From Utricularia gibba (taxonomy: Eukaryota; Plantae; Magnoliophyta): 64,000 nucleotides of DNA. The notes under the pieces are model-generated. The model worked only from the letters and a program-made list of their open reading frames with translations. It was not told the origin of the DNA and did no database searches. The position numbers and the translations under genes are program-made. Positions within the stretch are counted from its first letter, which is position 1. Each line of letters begins with the position of its first letter. Below are positions 22,032 through 33,400 of the stretch, piece after piece. The DNA lies in contig CM007990.1 in assembly GCA_002189035.1 (NCBI GenBank), positions 248,001 through 312,000 of the forward strand, given 5' to 3'.

Positions 22032-23188
22032 TTAGTCATCGTCTTCAGAATCTGGTGATGATCTGCAATTTTTAAAATGTGCTTATTGAATCGAGAAAAA
22101 TGAGCAAGTCCCTGTGTTCGCCTGATCGTACATCTTCGCCAACCTTATACCTTCCGAGATTCTTCAACTGTCGTCTTGTCATCGAGTATATGAGAACTCA
22201 CCAATAGATATGGAAACCAAGAAGCATAAACAGCATCGTGTTGAAGAGATAGTACAATGTAGAAGAGTATGCTTCCTTCAATCCCTGGAATAGAGTTAGC
22301 AACGAAATCAGAACCAGGGTAACTAACATTAGGAAACTGGCGTTGATAATCTGATAACCCACAAAAGGAAGACTACAAGCCTCAGTACGAACCATGACAA
22401 GGCACAGAAACCTAAGTATACACTCGCTCCGATCACATTTCCCAAGTACTTGAAGATTTTTGCAGCCTCTAGAAATACATCACTAGCATCACGCAGGGCA
22501 AGGATGGCAATTTTTACACGAAAGAAGCTGGAAAAGGGCATTGTCAAATTCGTTTCACCCCTAAGAAGTCATGCGTTTCGGGGAGCAGAATCATATAACT
22601 TGTCATATATGATGATGAGATCAGGATAAGAGTGATCACGCAGCAAAATGTTTCCTGCCCGTTTCAGCAGCAAGGCTATTCATATAGAAGCCACACTGAC
22701 ACATGTAGATGAGCCTCATCGGTGTTCTGACTGCCAGCCAAAGAAACCATGTTCACAGGCGTAAATCGACAGAGCATGCGTCCTGTAACATATGAAGATT
22801 CAAGACAGACATGTACAGCAATACTTGGTGGGGCCAGTACTCGATGATTCCCTGGTAAGAGAGCCTCCACAGAGACTATGTAAACTTGCTAATTTTCCCA
22901 TGTGTTTCTCTACTAAATTTCGCTTCCCGTTTATTCTTCATAAGTAACCAAATCGCAAGCCTCTGTAAAGAGATCGAATCAACATTTAGAATACAAGCTA
23001 CATTCGAAAACACAGAAAAGTGAAGTAATAGCCAGATTTCCAGAATTCAGAATCCTCGAAAAATGCTTACTCGGAGTAACAACCTGTCGTCGAGAAACCT
23101 CCCGGCAACAAACGCGAAAGCAAAATAGAAAGCAGATAACGACATGCAAACCCCTTGGCGCTGAATTTCGAGCGCCTATTGAATCCAT
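22032..23188 (-). pseudogene. Ceramide synthase LAG1/LOH2-like pseudogene
   Basis: MDSIG..FAFV..RFL, KFT*SLWRLSY (E to stop), IYMCQCGFY, ETGRKHF--VITLIL (MxHH motif deleted), ALRDASDVFLEAAKIFKY (H to R), FHIYW*VLIYSM (W to stop), final DSEDDD*. Confidence 0.88.
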
Positions 23189-23743
23189 TGCCGAGATTCC
23201 AAAACGCCGTGAAATCGATTAACAACACACTACGTAACCTGCAGAAGAACGACGGCCTCCCACCGACAAATATGAATCTCGCATAGGAGAAACCGGCCGG
23301 TAAACGACGTGCGCAACGTAGAGCGCACTGCCGAATCTGGAGGTGGGAAGATCGAGGGGGAATAACCATTTTATATCCAATAGTCACGGATCGGCATTCG
23401 GCTCCCTTAACCAGAAGCGGATACATATTAAATCAAATTTTAATAGAATTCTCGAAAATCTCCCCCAAAAAACCCTTCGTTCTCTGTCTCCCTGTCTGCG
23501 ACACGATAGCATTCCCAATATGGCAAAAGTTCTAAAGCAAATGTTTGCCCGCCGCCGGCGGTGTTCAGTCACGGCAAATGTTACGACAAGGGTGTCCCTG
23601 TAAAGCACAGGGAGTGCGCGCTAAGAAAAGAAAAGCAAAACCAGAAGAACTGAGTCGAAACCTGTTTCCAGACGCCCCAGGGAGGGCATTTATGGCTCGA
23701 AATGGAAACATTAGCAGAGGATGCCAACGGAGGTATAACGGGT

Positions 23744-26602
23744 TCAATCATTCAAGGACAAGGCAGCCAGATGGTCAGCGGGGTTACCCTGCTGTTCAGA
23801 GACGTTCCTGAGAACATCCATGGCTTCGGTAACTTTGGCTTTGAGGGCCTCAGGTGACTCGAGCAGGTGAAGGACCTCCGTCTGGTCCATTTCCAGAAGC
23901 ATGCCCGTCACCTTTGCCGCCATCTCAGGCTCCAACTGTTCTACGAGGGGGTATAGATTTTCACCCAACATCTGGATACACAGACAAAGACATCAGCTTG
24001 GTTCAATAATGGAATCTGAACTCGAGGTGCGAGTAATCTGCTCACCAGCCTCTGTTCAGTGGGAGAAGCATTCGCCAGAGCTGATGCCAGTGCACTGATG
24101 GGAACTGGCTGAGGGATTCCGACCTCACGCATTGGCAATCCACCCATGTCATAGGGAAGGGATATCATCCCTCCCGCCATATTACCTTGCATGGATGCAT
24201 CAGGCAGACCACGTCCAGATGGGTAGCGGAAACCTCGTCCTCTTGGTATCATCTGTGTACAGGATATGATAAAAGGTGAAGATTGAAACAGATCACAGGG
24301 GAAAGTTGGCGGGTAACATTCCAAAAGTAAATCTTGTGGCGAACCTGCTGCGGTGGCTGCTGCATCATAGGCAAAGCCTGCAGCCCCTGATGCATTGGAC
24401 CAGCATTTGTCCTCCTTCCACCACGGGGACCTTGTTGCCCTTGTTGGACCATAGGCATAAACATGTTTGGCATGAGAGGACCAGCATGCCTCATGCCAGG
24501 AACCAGTTGCTGCTGATATCCAAATCCAGCCTGCAGTTAAACACAAATTAGTCAAAACTCAAGAGATGTTATATAAAGTGAAAACCAGAAGCAGTTCAGA
24601 ACACATGGTAGAACAGGATGGGGAAATACTTGGGAGGGAAGAATATTTGGAGGAGGCTGCCCGTAGAAGATCTGTTGTCCCAAACCAGGAGTAGCAGAAT
24701 ACATTGGCATACGTGGAGCTATATTAGGCACCACAGAAATTGGTCTCATTTGAGAAAACTGGGCCTGAAATAGGAGTAGAGATCCTTAGTTTGCGTTCAA
24801 CAGATCAAATTGGGAAAAAAAATACATAGTGAACAAAATAATAAATATGGTAAAGAGTCTAGCTGCAACTTCAACTGTACCTGTAGCCTCGCTTTTCTAT
24901 CCTCCTTCCTCTGAGCAAGTGCAACATAAAGAGGTTTGCAGATGATCATCTTCCCATTCATATCAAATAGCTGCAGATTTAATCAGTAAACCAACTAAAT
25001 CATCTGCTAATTAAACCTTAGTAAAAAAAAATATAAAAGAGATGACGAAACAAAGCCACTCACTGCTCTAGAAGCCTCTTCAGGTGAAGAGAAAGCAACG
25101 AAACCTGATCCCTTGCTAATCCCTTTTAGATCGCGCATCACCTTTAAAGAGTGTAACATTAGTACATCCTGAAAAGAAACTGTTGCAACTTCTAAGTATA
25201 TAACAGTACCAACCTTACATGATGTTATAGATCCAAATGGAGAAAACAAATCTTGAAGCTTTTCATCATCAATACTTTCATCCAGATTTTTGACATAAAG
25301 GTTTGACGCCTGAGATTTTTCAGCTGCTTCTTTCAAACTCCGTTCAAAGCGGTTTTTCAATTCCTGCTCCCTCTCAGTTTTTTTCTGCGCTCTCCCCACA
25401 TACCATTCCTTGTCGTCAGATTTTTTTCCATTAAGGGAGTCCACAGCTCTTGAAGCATCATCTGGATCCTCAAAGTTGATGAATCCAAAACACCTTGAAG
25501 TTCCATCCTCATTTTTCATCACAACTGCGCTTGTGATTGGACCAAATTCTCCAAATATCTTCCGAAGCTCATCTTCAGTGGTTGACTCAGACAAGTTCTT
25601 GACAAATGCATTAGTGAATTTGGTCTTGTCTACTGACATGTCTCTCTCTTGCTTTCGAAGGAAAGGCCCAACAAAAACCTGCTTTCCATTCAATAGCATC
25701 CCATTAAGCTTATCAATAGCTTTCTGTGCAGCTTCCTCAGCCATATACTGCACAAACCCATATCCCAAAGACTGACCAGCAGAATCTGTGGCCACTTTGC
25801 ATGAAAGTATGGTACCGAACGAGGAAAATGTTTCGTGCAAAGCTTTGTGGTCAATTTCCTTGTCCAGATTCTTCCAAAACAACATAGAAACTTAACCAAT
25901 TAGAAGAGATTACTTCAGATCATTAGAAAACTAATTGATTGTAAAGATAAACTCATGGAGCAAACTTAAGCTAAAAGTATAAGCCGCATGCAATTGAAAA
26001 TGATGAACAGAAATACCTTGATAAAAATGTTGCCAGCACCACTTCTGCGACCACTTGGGTCTCTATGTGAATACATTACCCTAATAGGTTTCCCATTGAG
26101 GGGAGTGAAGTTCAGTTCCGCCAAAGATCTCTCAGCTACATGGGCAGAGGAATAATTAACAGAGTGAGGAGGATCTCTGTGCAGTGTAGTATTTCATTAA
26201 AATTCGACGCATGAATAAAAATGATCAGGGTTAATCATACACTATTTTAAAGTTTTAACTTGAAGTAATATTTGCAGAAATTAAAAGACAAGCAGAAATC
26301 TTTAATGTAAACTTGAGTGCCAAAGAACACGAATATATAACGGAATGAAACTAGAATATCAAACCATCTTGAATGTTCTTAAAGTTGACATAGCCATAGC
26401 CGAGCGACCGCTGGGTGGTCGTATCTCTACAAATCCTAACCGAAACCACTTCACCAATTTGATTGAAGAGATCGAAGAGCTGGGGATCCGTGACATTGGG
26501 ATCAAGATCGCCAACGTACAGCGAGATGCCCAACGGCACGCCGCTACCGGGCCCGGCGTTCGGCACCTGGAACTGAGGCTGCATCTGAACCTGCGCTGCC
26601 AT
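23744..26602 (-). CDS. PABP: Cytoplasmic poly(A)-binding protein, class II (PAB2/4/8-like): 4 RRMs + MLLE
   Basis: SLYVGDLDPNV, NLDKEIDHKALHETFSSFG, FVKNLSES, SNLYVKNLD, KPLYVALAQRKEDRKARLQ, and MLLE LGENLYPLVEQLEPEMAAKVTGMLLEMDQTEVLHLLESP. Confidence 0.97.
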
Positions 26603-26679
26603 CTCAATAAAAATCAGATAAGATACAAGAGAACACTAAAACGCGATGCACAAAATTCCCCCTTTCCAGGAGTTCACTA

Positions 26680-26845
26680 CTTTTTTTGGGTTTTTTGCTA
26701 ATAGTCTCCCTCCCCTCTTTTTATTAGCAGAATCAAAGCACAAATATCAATAAAATTTCTTGACTGAAACAACAACGGGACGCATAAAACGATTTCGGTT
26801 TTTTTTCTCGGATTCCCACAATTTTTTTTCTTTTTCGGGTTTTCG
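26680..26845 (-). promoter_or_regulatory. A-rich tract in the probable PABP 5' UTR (candidate autoregulatory element)
   Basis: Minus strand reads cgaaaacccgaaaaagaaaaaaaattg..gagaaaaaaaaccg..agcaaaaaacccaaaaaaaag just upstream of the PABP ATG at 26602. Confidence 0.5.
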
Positions 26846-27191
26846 ATGAAGAGAGGAGAGGAAAGGTTTCACAAGTCGGACATCCGACGCCGGGGTGGTG
26901 AAATCATCGCCAGAGGGCGGCGGCGGCGACAGGTGGCAGAGGAAAAGGGAGAAAAGGGATTGCAGATAAACTGCGCACCTAAGAAGTCTCTCGGATTCCA
27001 GACGGGGTTAATCAAGAAACACAATTCGAAAAGAAAATGACATTATTACCCCTACTTTCCCCGCCGGCGCCTACAGGACTTCTTTGACCTTTATGGTAAT
27101 TTGACAATTTTCCGATGAAAATCTGTGCTGCAGCGTAGGAACTCCGAAGGCTAAATTCCAGTAATTTGTTAAATAACCTGCAAAAGTAGAA

Positions 27192-28506
27192 ATGCAGTGT
27201 TTACTTTCTCCGGTTGCTCGCAGCGCCGCCGCATTACCCTCTCCGCCCTCTGGAGCGGTGGTGTTTGAATCCGCTCCACCTAGCCTTCAAGCTCGTCCGT
27301 TTCCGCGCTGGGATAATGCTCGGGACTCCCATTCGTCTCTATCTTCGTTTAAATTGGTCAAGAGTTACGCTATTCTCAGTAATCGTAGCAGAAAAGCCGC
27401 TCCTGCTAACGCAGCCACTTCTGAGAATTCCGCCGGTGATGAGTTCGAGAAGGCGAAACTCGCGCAGGTACGCCTTTTGATTTTCGCCATTGCTCTTCGT
27501 CAATGGCGTTTGTAGTTAGGGCAAGGAATGCGAATATTCGAAGTCTGTACATCGCCAATTTCGATCGTTTGCTGCATCTCATCGAATTTGTTAGGAGTCA
27601 TCGCTAATTTCATTGCTTAGGGTTTCGTTCTTAGCCATCTGGCGATTTCTTTGGAAAAGCTGTCAATGCCTTTGCAGGTTTCTAAGAGACTACAGTCTCT
27701 TTCGAGGCATTTCAAGCGATTAGGAAGCTTTGGGTTCTGGTCGCAACTTGTGTGCACAATTTCTGCTGCTATCATTCTGTCTTTCTCCACTCTCGTCGCT
27801 GGACAGAGTACCGCAGTAGCCACCTTTTACGCCACTGCTGCCGGAATCGCAGCTGCATTTGTGTCTGTTTTCTGGTCATTTGGCTACGTCCGGTTATCTG
27901 ATAAACTTAAGAAGACAGCAAGTGACCCTTCTAAGGTAATTCGTGGCATATCTGCTCACTAGCCACTGCAGCGTTGACCATCTAATGCCTACCAATAGAC
28001 CAGAATACTTCACCATTCCTCACTATGCATATCAAGGAAAGACTTTTAAATCTCTGCTCATGATGCCAGGCGCCTCTTCGGTCAGATGTCGTGAGAAGCA
28101 TCAAGAACGGCATTATTGTCAATGTCTTGGGGCTGGGGGCTTCTGTACTTGGTATGCAGGCAACAGTAGGTGCATTGGTGGGGAAAGCACTCACAACTTC
28201 AACAAATCCCTTCCAGGGAGTTGGGCCTGGTGCTACCCCAGTCCTCGCACTTGATGTCTTCTTGGTTCAGGTATCCATCTCTCTACTTTTGCAGCTTACA
28301 AGTAGTGTTTTAGAAACCCAAACACACAGCGGCCGCTCAAGTCTTTATACCTTCATTCTGTTGATATATTTTTTGTGTGCAATGTTTGACAGGCATCTGC
28401 AAACGCAATACTCTCCCATTTTCTGGGAATATCTTGCAACTTGGAATTGCTGCGCTCCGTTACAATGCCCGAAAGTGTTCCTGTTCCGGCTCTGAAGACA
28501 GCCTGA
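27192..28506 (+). CDS. DUF3611 family chloroplast membrane protein (4 exons)
   Basis: Transit-peptide-like N-terminus; VSKRLQSLSRHFKRLGSFGFWSQLV, FWSFGYVRLSDKL, IVNVLGLGASVLGMQATVGALVGKALT, LDVFLVQ-ASANAILSHFLG. Confidence 0.88.
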
Positions 28507-28906
28507 GTTGCATTGACATTGTAATCTGCAGAGTGTTCTGGATATGAGCGAATGAATTTTTGCATGAATCTTCGTTATATGCTATAGCATTGACGCAAAC
28601 TTCAAGAAATTAACATGTTGCAGAAATTAACTGCGCAGTAAGGTTGCAGTGACTCCCATGCCAAAAACTGATACTTTTACTGTGAGAACTTACGAGCAGC
28701 CAATGGGTAGAGATGACAGCAAGTATAGCTGATCTTTTTCTCCTTGTTTGAAAGGAATGGAATCTTCCATAGGATTGCATCACCGATCTTCCTGAACTGT
28801 AACTGGCAAATCCAACCAATATAGCTGCAAGATGCATGTTCTCAGATTAAAGAAATGATGCACCAAACATAAACCCCCTGCACGCGGTGATCTCCAAGAA
28901 GCTATC

Positions 28907-29093
28907 TATTGAGAAGTGAAGCAAAATTTGGCCCAGAAAAATGAGACCACTACGAGCAGCAACAGCACGTTAGATACGAAGGCCAGCCAATTGTATCCAG
29001 CACATTCGAACAGGAACTAAGACCCCGTGTTCCACACCAGAAAATGAGCGCTATCCCTCCAGTTTTTCCGCAACATCAAGTCATCAATAGTTG
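28907..29093 (-). pseudogene. Reticulon-like (RTNLB11-type) pseudo-exon
   Basis: ..[33 protein letters not shown](fs)ASLLNR matches the reticulon domain; internal TAG, acceptor reads tgcaa and donor reads at instead of gt. Confidence 0.75.
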
Positions 29094-29530
29094 CAGCACA
29101 AGATCTAAACTATCGCGCTAGAATTTAAGCATTTAAAACACGTACTTTTTGCATGAGCTATCGAGTTCTGCATCTTAAACGGAACCGCAATCGCCTACAC
29201 CGCCGCAGAGATTTTCGCGTGCCCAGAATCATACATTGATTTGGCTTTTCCGCAATCGAAATCGAGCTCGATGAAAGCGGCGGACGTCCGAAATGGAGGA
29301 GATTCACCAGAATTCAAAATAGTGAGCAACTATTGAACGGTTTTCCCGGTATGCTACGAATAGATACTTTCGAATACTGGGCTTGTCATGAAAAAAATGA
29401 ACTAGGCTGGCCCAATAACTGCTTGGTCCACGCGGAACCTCTGGACACCGCAGCAGGCAATTATTCCCTAAAACCCCAATCCTCGTCAAAACCTCCGGAA
29501 GGTTCGAAGGATTGCGGCTTTCAGATTCCG

Positions 29531-30112
29531 ATGGCTTCGCGAGCTTCCTTTTCCAGATCTCTCATGTTTTCCGCAAGGTCTTCCGCCTTCCGCTCATCTA
29601 CTCCGGCTTCCGCTTCCAGCAGAATCCGGCAATCCCCGATTACGGCTCCCCGCCGGCTTTCTTTCTCCAATCCTAGGTTTTTAATTTCGACCACGCAGAT
29701 GTTCAATTTTTCCTGATTTTCTTTCCTTTGTTCTTATTTCCATTGCAAATAATGTAGCATGACCATTTCTCGCCATGAGTTTGTATGTTGAAGCGATCAT
29801 TTATCCTGACGAATGTGTTTATGGTATCGTGATTGTGACGATGCAGTTTTTGTGATTGCAGGACTCTGGGGGAGCTCGCATGTTCCCAGTCACTGATGCC
29901 ATTTCCCTGGGGAGGCACACTGCTCACTTCTCACTTATCTTCCAATATAAGAGCGTGTCGTGAGCTTTCCCATGGTAAACTCGTCAGTGTGCTGATGCAG
30001 GAATGCTAGTACTTTCTATATGAGTTCATTGTGTGGTTAACCGTAAACCTGAAATGCTCTAATGAATATGAACTGTTGGGATTTCTAGGGTGGAAGGGAA
30101 AAGATGGGTAAA
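29531..30112 (+). CDS. Small mitochondrial protein, NOXY2/NFD6-like (exons 29531-29676, 29862-29974, 30090-30112)
   Basis: Ser/Arg-rich presequence MASRASFSRSLMFSARSS..RRLSFSNPR, then TLGELACSQSLMP..LTSHLSSNIRACRELSHG, then WKGKDG*. Confidence 0.82.
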
Positions 30113-30274
30113 TTCACTGGAGCTCCCATCAAGCAAATGCAGGACCATGATTACCACCGCTACGCAGGTGTCTCCTCCCCCTCTAATTTCTAGTGTGAGA
30201 GGTTGAGGAGATAGAATGGATTAGGATGATATACTACCCCACACCCTAGAAATTCGATGTCTGTTTCATTTTCT

Positions 30275-30333
30275 CTTGTCTGCTATTCATTCACAGCAAA
30301 AGGTGCCTTCTTGTCTGCTATTCATTCACAGCA
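30275..30333. repeat. 24-bp direct repeat
   Basis: cttgtctgctattcattcacagca at 30275-30298 and 30310-30333. Confidence 0.9.
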
Positions 30334-30905
30334 CGAGTACTTGTGTATTTATACTTTGAGGAACCACACCATCCGGGTGGGTTCTGTTGTTGCCATTTCC
30401 CCAGACGTGGCTGTCTGATTCTTCTTTATTCCTTCAGAATCAACTGTTTCTATCTGAATAAGTACTACAGCTTTTCCGATGTCCCTTCTACCCCTTCCAT
30501 CCTACGTGTACCTCCGCACAAGTATCCCGGAAAATTGCTGAGGGACGAGAAGATGCCAGACCGAGCTTCTAGGGAGGGTACTCGGTTATATTGAAATTAA
30601 ACGAGACTTTAAAAAGAAAAAAGATGATGGAAAAATTAGAAGCCGTGTTTAAATAGGATTAGAATTCGTTTAATCATTTTATTTTTTAAATATAATTAAA
30701 AAATTATTGGATTCGATTTAAATTATTATAAAAATAATTTAACTGATATTACTTTTTTGTTCTTCCAACCTAATTAAGCATGTTGTTTTTCATTTTTAGA
30801 AAATTCGAGATAAAATTTTGGTGATTGGGGGAGGCCACGCCGCAACGGTTCGTTTCAAGACAATTCGTGATTCACCTCGGTAGGGACGAGGAGTCGCTCC
30901 GGCCG

Positions 30906-32356
30906 ATGGAGAACAAAGCCCAGCCTCCAGGTGTGTATTCAATCATCAAAAGTTTCGTAGATATTTTTGAATACCGAAATCGGTGGTCTTCTGTGGCGTT
31001 TGATGCAACTTTGGACTCGGGAAACCCTTTTGATTGAGAAAGGTGTTGATTTTTCCAAAACCTCAACAATTTTCGTCATTTTTTTACATGGGATGCTTAA
31101 AACTTCGATCTACAGCTGGTAGTCCGCCAAAACCTTGGGAAGTAGCTGGGCCTTCGTCATCAGGACCAGCACCGTTTAAGCCGCCATCTGCGGGAAATAC
31201 CAGTGACGTGGTTGAAGCCTCTGGTACAGCTCAGCCAGGAGAGATTATTTCAACAACTGATCGGAGTGTCGTTGCTAATAGGAATTCACTAGGGAGGCCT
31301 GTTCCCACTCGGCCATGGGAACAACAAACGTATGGAAACGGCTTCGGAGGTATCAATAGTTGAGGCTCTAGCGCCTGCTCGTTTTAAGAAAAAACTGAAT
31401 GTGGCTACTGAATGAAATATACTGGTGTAACTTGGTAGAAAGAAACAGAGTTCTTTAGTATGGTGTAAGGTCAAAGGCATATGGAGATGAGTTGGATTGC
31501 TTTGGTAATCAATATTTGGTGTCCTATTCTTATTCCTCAGAGTTGATGTTATGCCTTTTTTCTTCTTCCTCAGGTTATGGATCTGGAATGAACTATGGTT
31601 CTGGATATGGAGGTGGAATGTATGGGTCTTATGGTGGATATGGTGGGAATTATGGTGGTGGATTATATGGGAACAACATGTATAGAGGAGGTTATGGCGG
31701 AATGTACGGAGGAGGTAGCATCTATGGAGGAGGGATGTATAGTGGTGGTTTTGGTGGTCCGATGGGTAGCTATGGAATGGGTGCACCTGGTCCATATGGT
31801 GATGAGGATCCAAATAATCCTTCTGGACCTGCTTCTCCACCAGGTTTTTGGGTATCGCTTATGAGAGTGGTAAGCCATGAGCTTCCCTGTAAAATTTCAT
31901 TAGAGCATTTGGTATATGTCACTGGTATTCCTAATGCTCCCATGTAACAATTCTAGATGCATGGTGTGGTGACTTTCTTCGGCCGAGTAGCGTTCTTGAT
32001 CGACCAGAATACTCAGGCATTTCATATGTTCATGACTGCTCTTCTTCAGGTACTACTAACCCCTGCTTCGTCAACCATCATGCACAGCATTTTCTCTCTA
32101 GACATAACCTGAAAGCTTGGCCTCTCCCTCTATGCTTATGTTGCAGCTGTTTGATAGATCCGGCCTCTTATATGGAGAGCTTGCAAGATTTGTTTTCAGA
32201 TTGTTAGGAATCAAAACAAAGCCCAAGAAAATGAACCCGCCAGGTGCAGGAGGAAGTCCTGCACCTTCTAACCCGCCGGTCGGTCGAGCCATAACCGACG
32301 GATCGAAGGCCGCCCCAGCCGGACCCTGGGGCGGCGTCTGGGGTGACCCAAGATGA
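30906..32356 (+). CDS. PEX13: Peroxisomal membrane protein 13 (5 exons)
   Basis: PPKPWE, GRPVPTRPWEQ, Gly/Tyr/Met-rich linker, PPGFWVSLMRV-MHGVVTFFGRVAFLIDQNTQAFHMFMTALLQ-LFDRSGLLYGELARFVFRLLG. Confidence 0.95.
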
Positions 32357-33400
32357 TCCCTACAGCAGAAACTCTTGCCATCTTGCTGCTTCCTTCTCAA
32401 TGCCTTGTGTCTGATGGCATTTTTAGCCTTCCTGTGGAGTTCAATGCTGGATGTTTGTATGGTGTAATATGCAGGAGTTCTAAAACAAAAGATTTAATAA
32501 TTATAATGAATATAATAATTGCTTACAAAAAAAAAAAGCAATGAATATAATAAAAATATTAAATAATAAAATAATAAGGATTCTGTTTTCCTCCCATTCT
32601 TTCTTTTTTGGGTAATTATTTGTGTAAATTAATCTTTCAATGAATTTTTTTTATTTTTAAATTAATTTAAAAAATGGGGAGCGCGAAGTATGATTGTCCA
32701 ATGCTACACAAATCAAGCTGGTTTAGTTAAACCAGGAGTTTGATATCGGGCAGGGGCGCATACCTGATTCCAATCGACCGGGATGGCGGGCGGACGCCGG
32801 AGACCTCGTTGTAGGGCTGAAATTCCAACTTGAATACGCGTTTTTCTCAACTGCCAAACGAGCTGACGCCTTTAGTTGAATTCCGACCCAGAGACTTTTC
32901 AACAATGGAGCCGGCCCCTCGCCCTGAGTTTGCGATCAAATGATTCGGAAACTTTTTCTTTTGCTTGCACCTCGGTCGTGTGCGGGACCTGTTTTTGCTT
33001 CTAGATGCTCTTTTTTAAATATATTCGATACCGGCCATGTAGGCAAGGAGCATTAACGTCACAGATATTTGGTTGCAGAAGGGACGTGTTTTAGTGATTC
33101 TAATGTTGACAGTGGGTGTTTCTGTGTGAATGAAGACCCCTTCAAGGCATAAAGCTTGTGGCTTCTAGATTTCATAGGAACAAAAAGACCGCTACTTTGA
33201 CTTGGAGTTATTACGTAGCAGTGCCCATGAGAGGCTTAAAACCTGCAATAAAGAGCCCCATATGATCGCTTTGTTCTGTCTTGAGGAAGAATACGTGATC
33301 CCTGCTTTGTCTTTTACTGTGCTGCTGATCTTTATAAAAAGGAAAGGAGCTGTCTTTGTTACTGGGTTGTGTGTTTGAACGGCAAGGAGCAGAAGAAGAA

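Noticed and set aside
29046-29066. 13-nt match to miR390 (gcgctatccctcc)
   Set aside because: Several mismatches fall opposite the miRNA 5' seed, there is no hairpin partner, and the site lies inside a reticulon pseudo-exon.
31574-31869. Gly/Tyr-rich ORF resembling another GRP, and its His-rich antisense ORF (31289-31840)
   Set aside because: It is the normal low-complexity linker exon of PEX13; the antisense ORF is its shadow.
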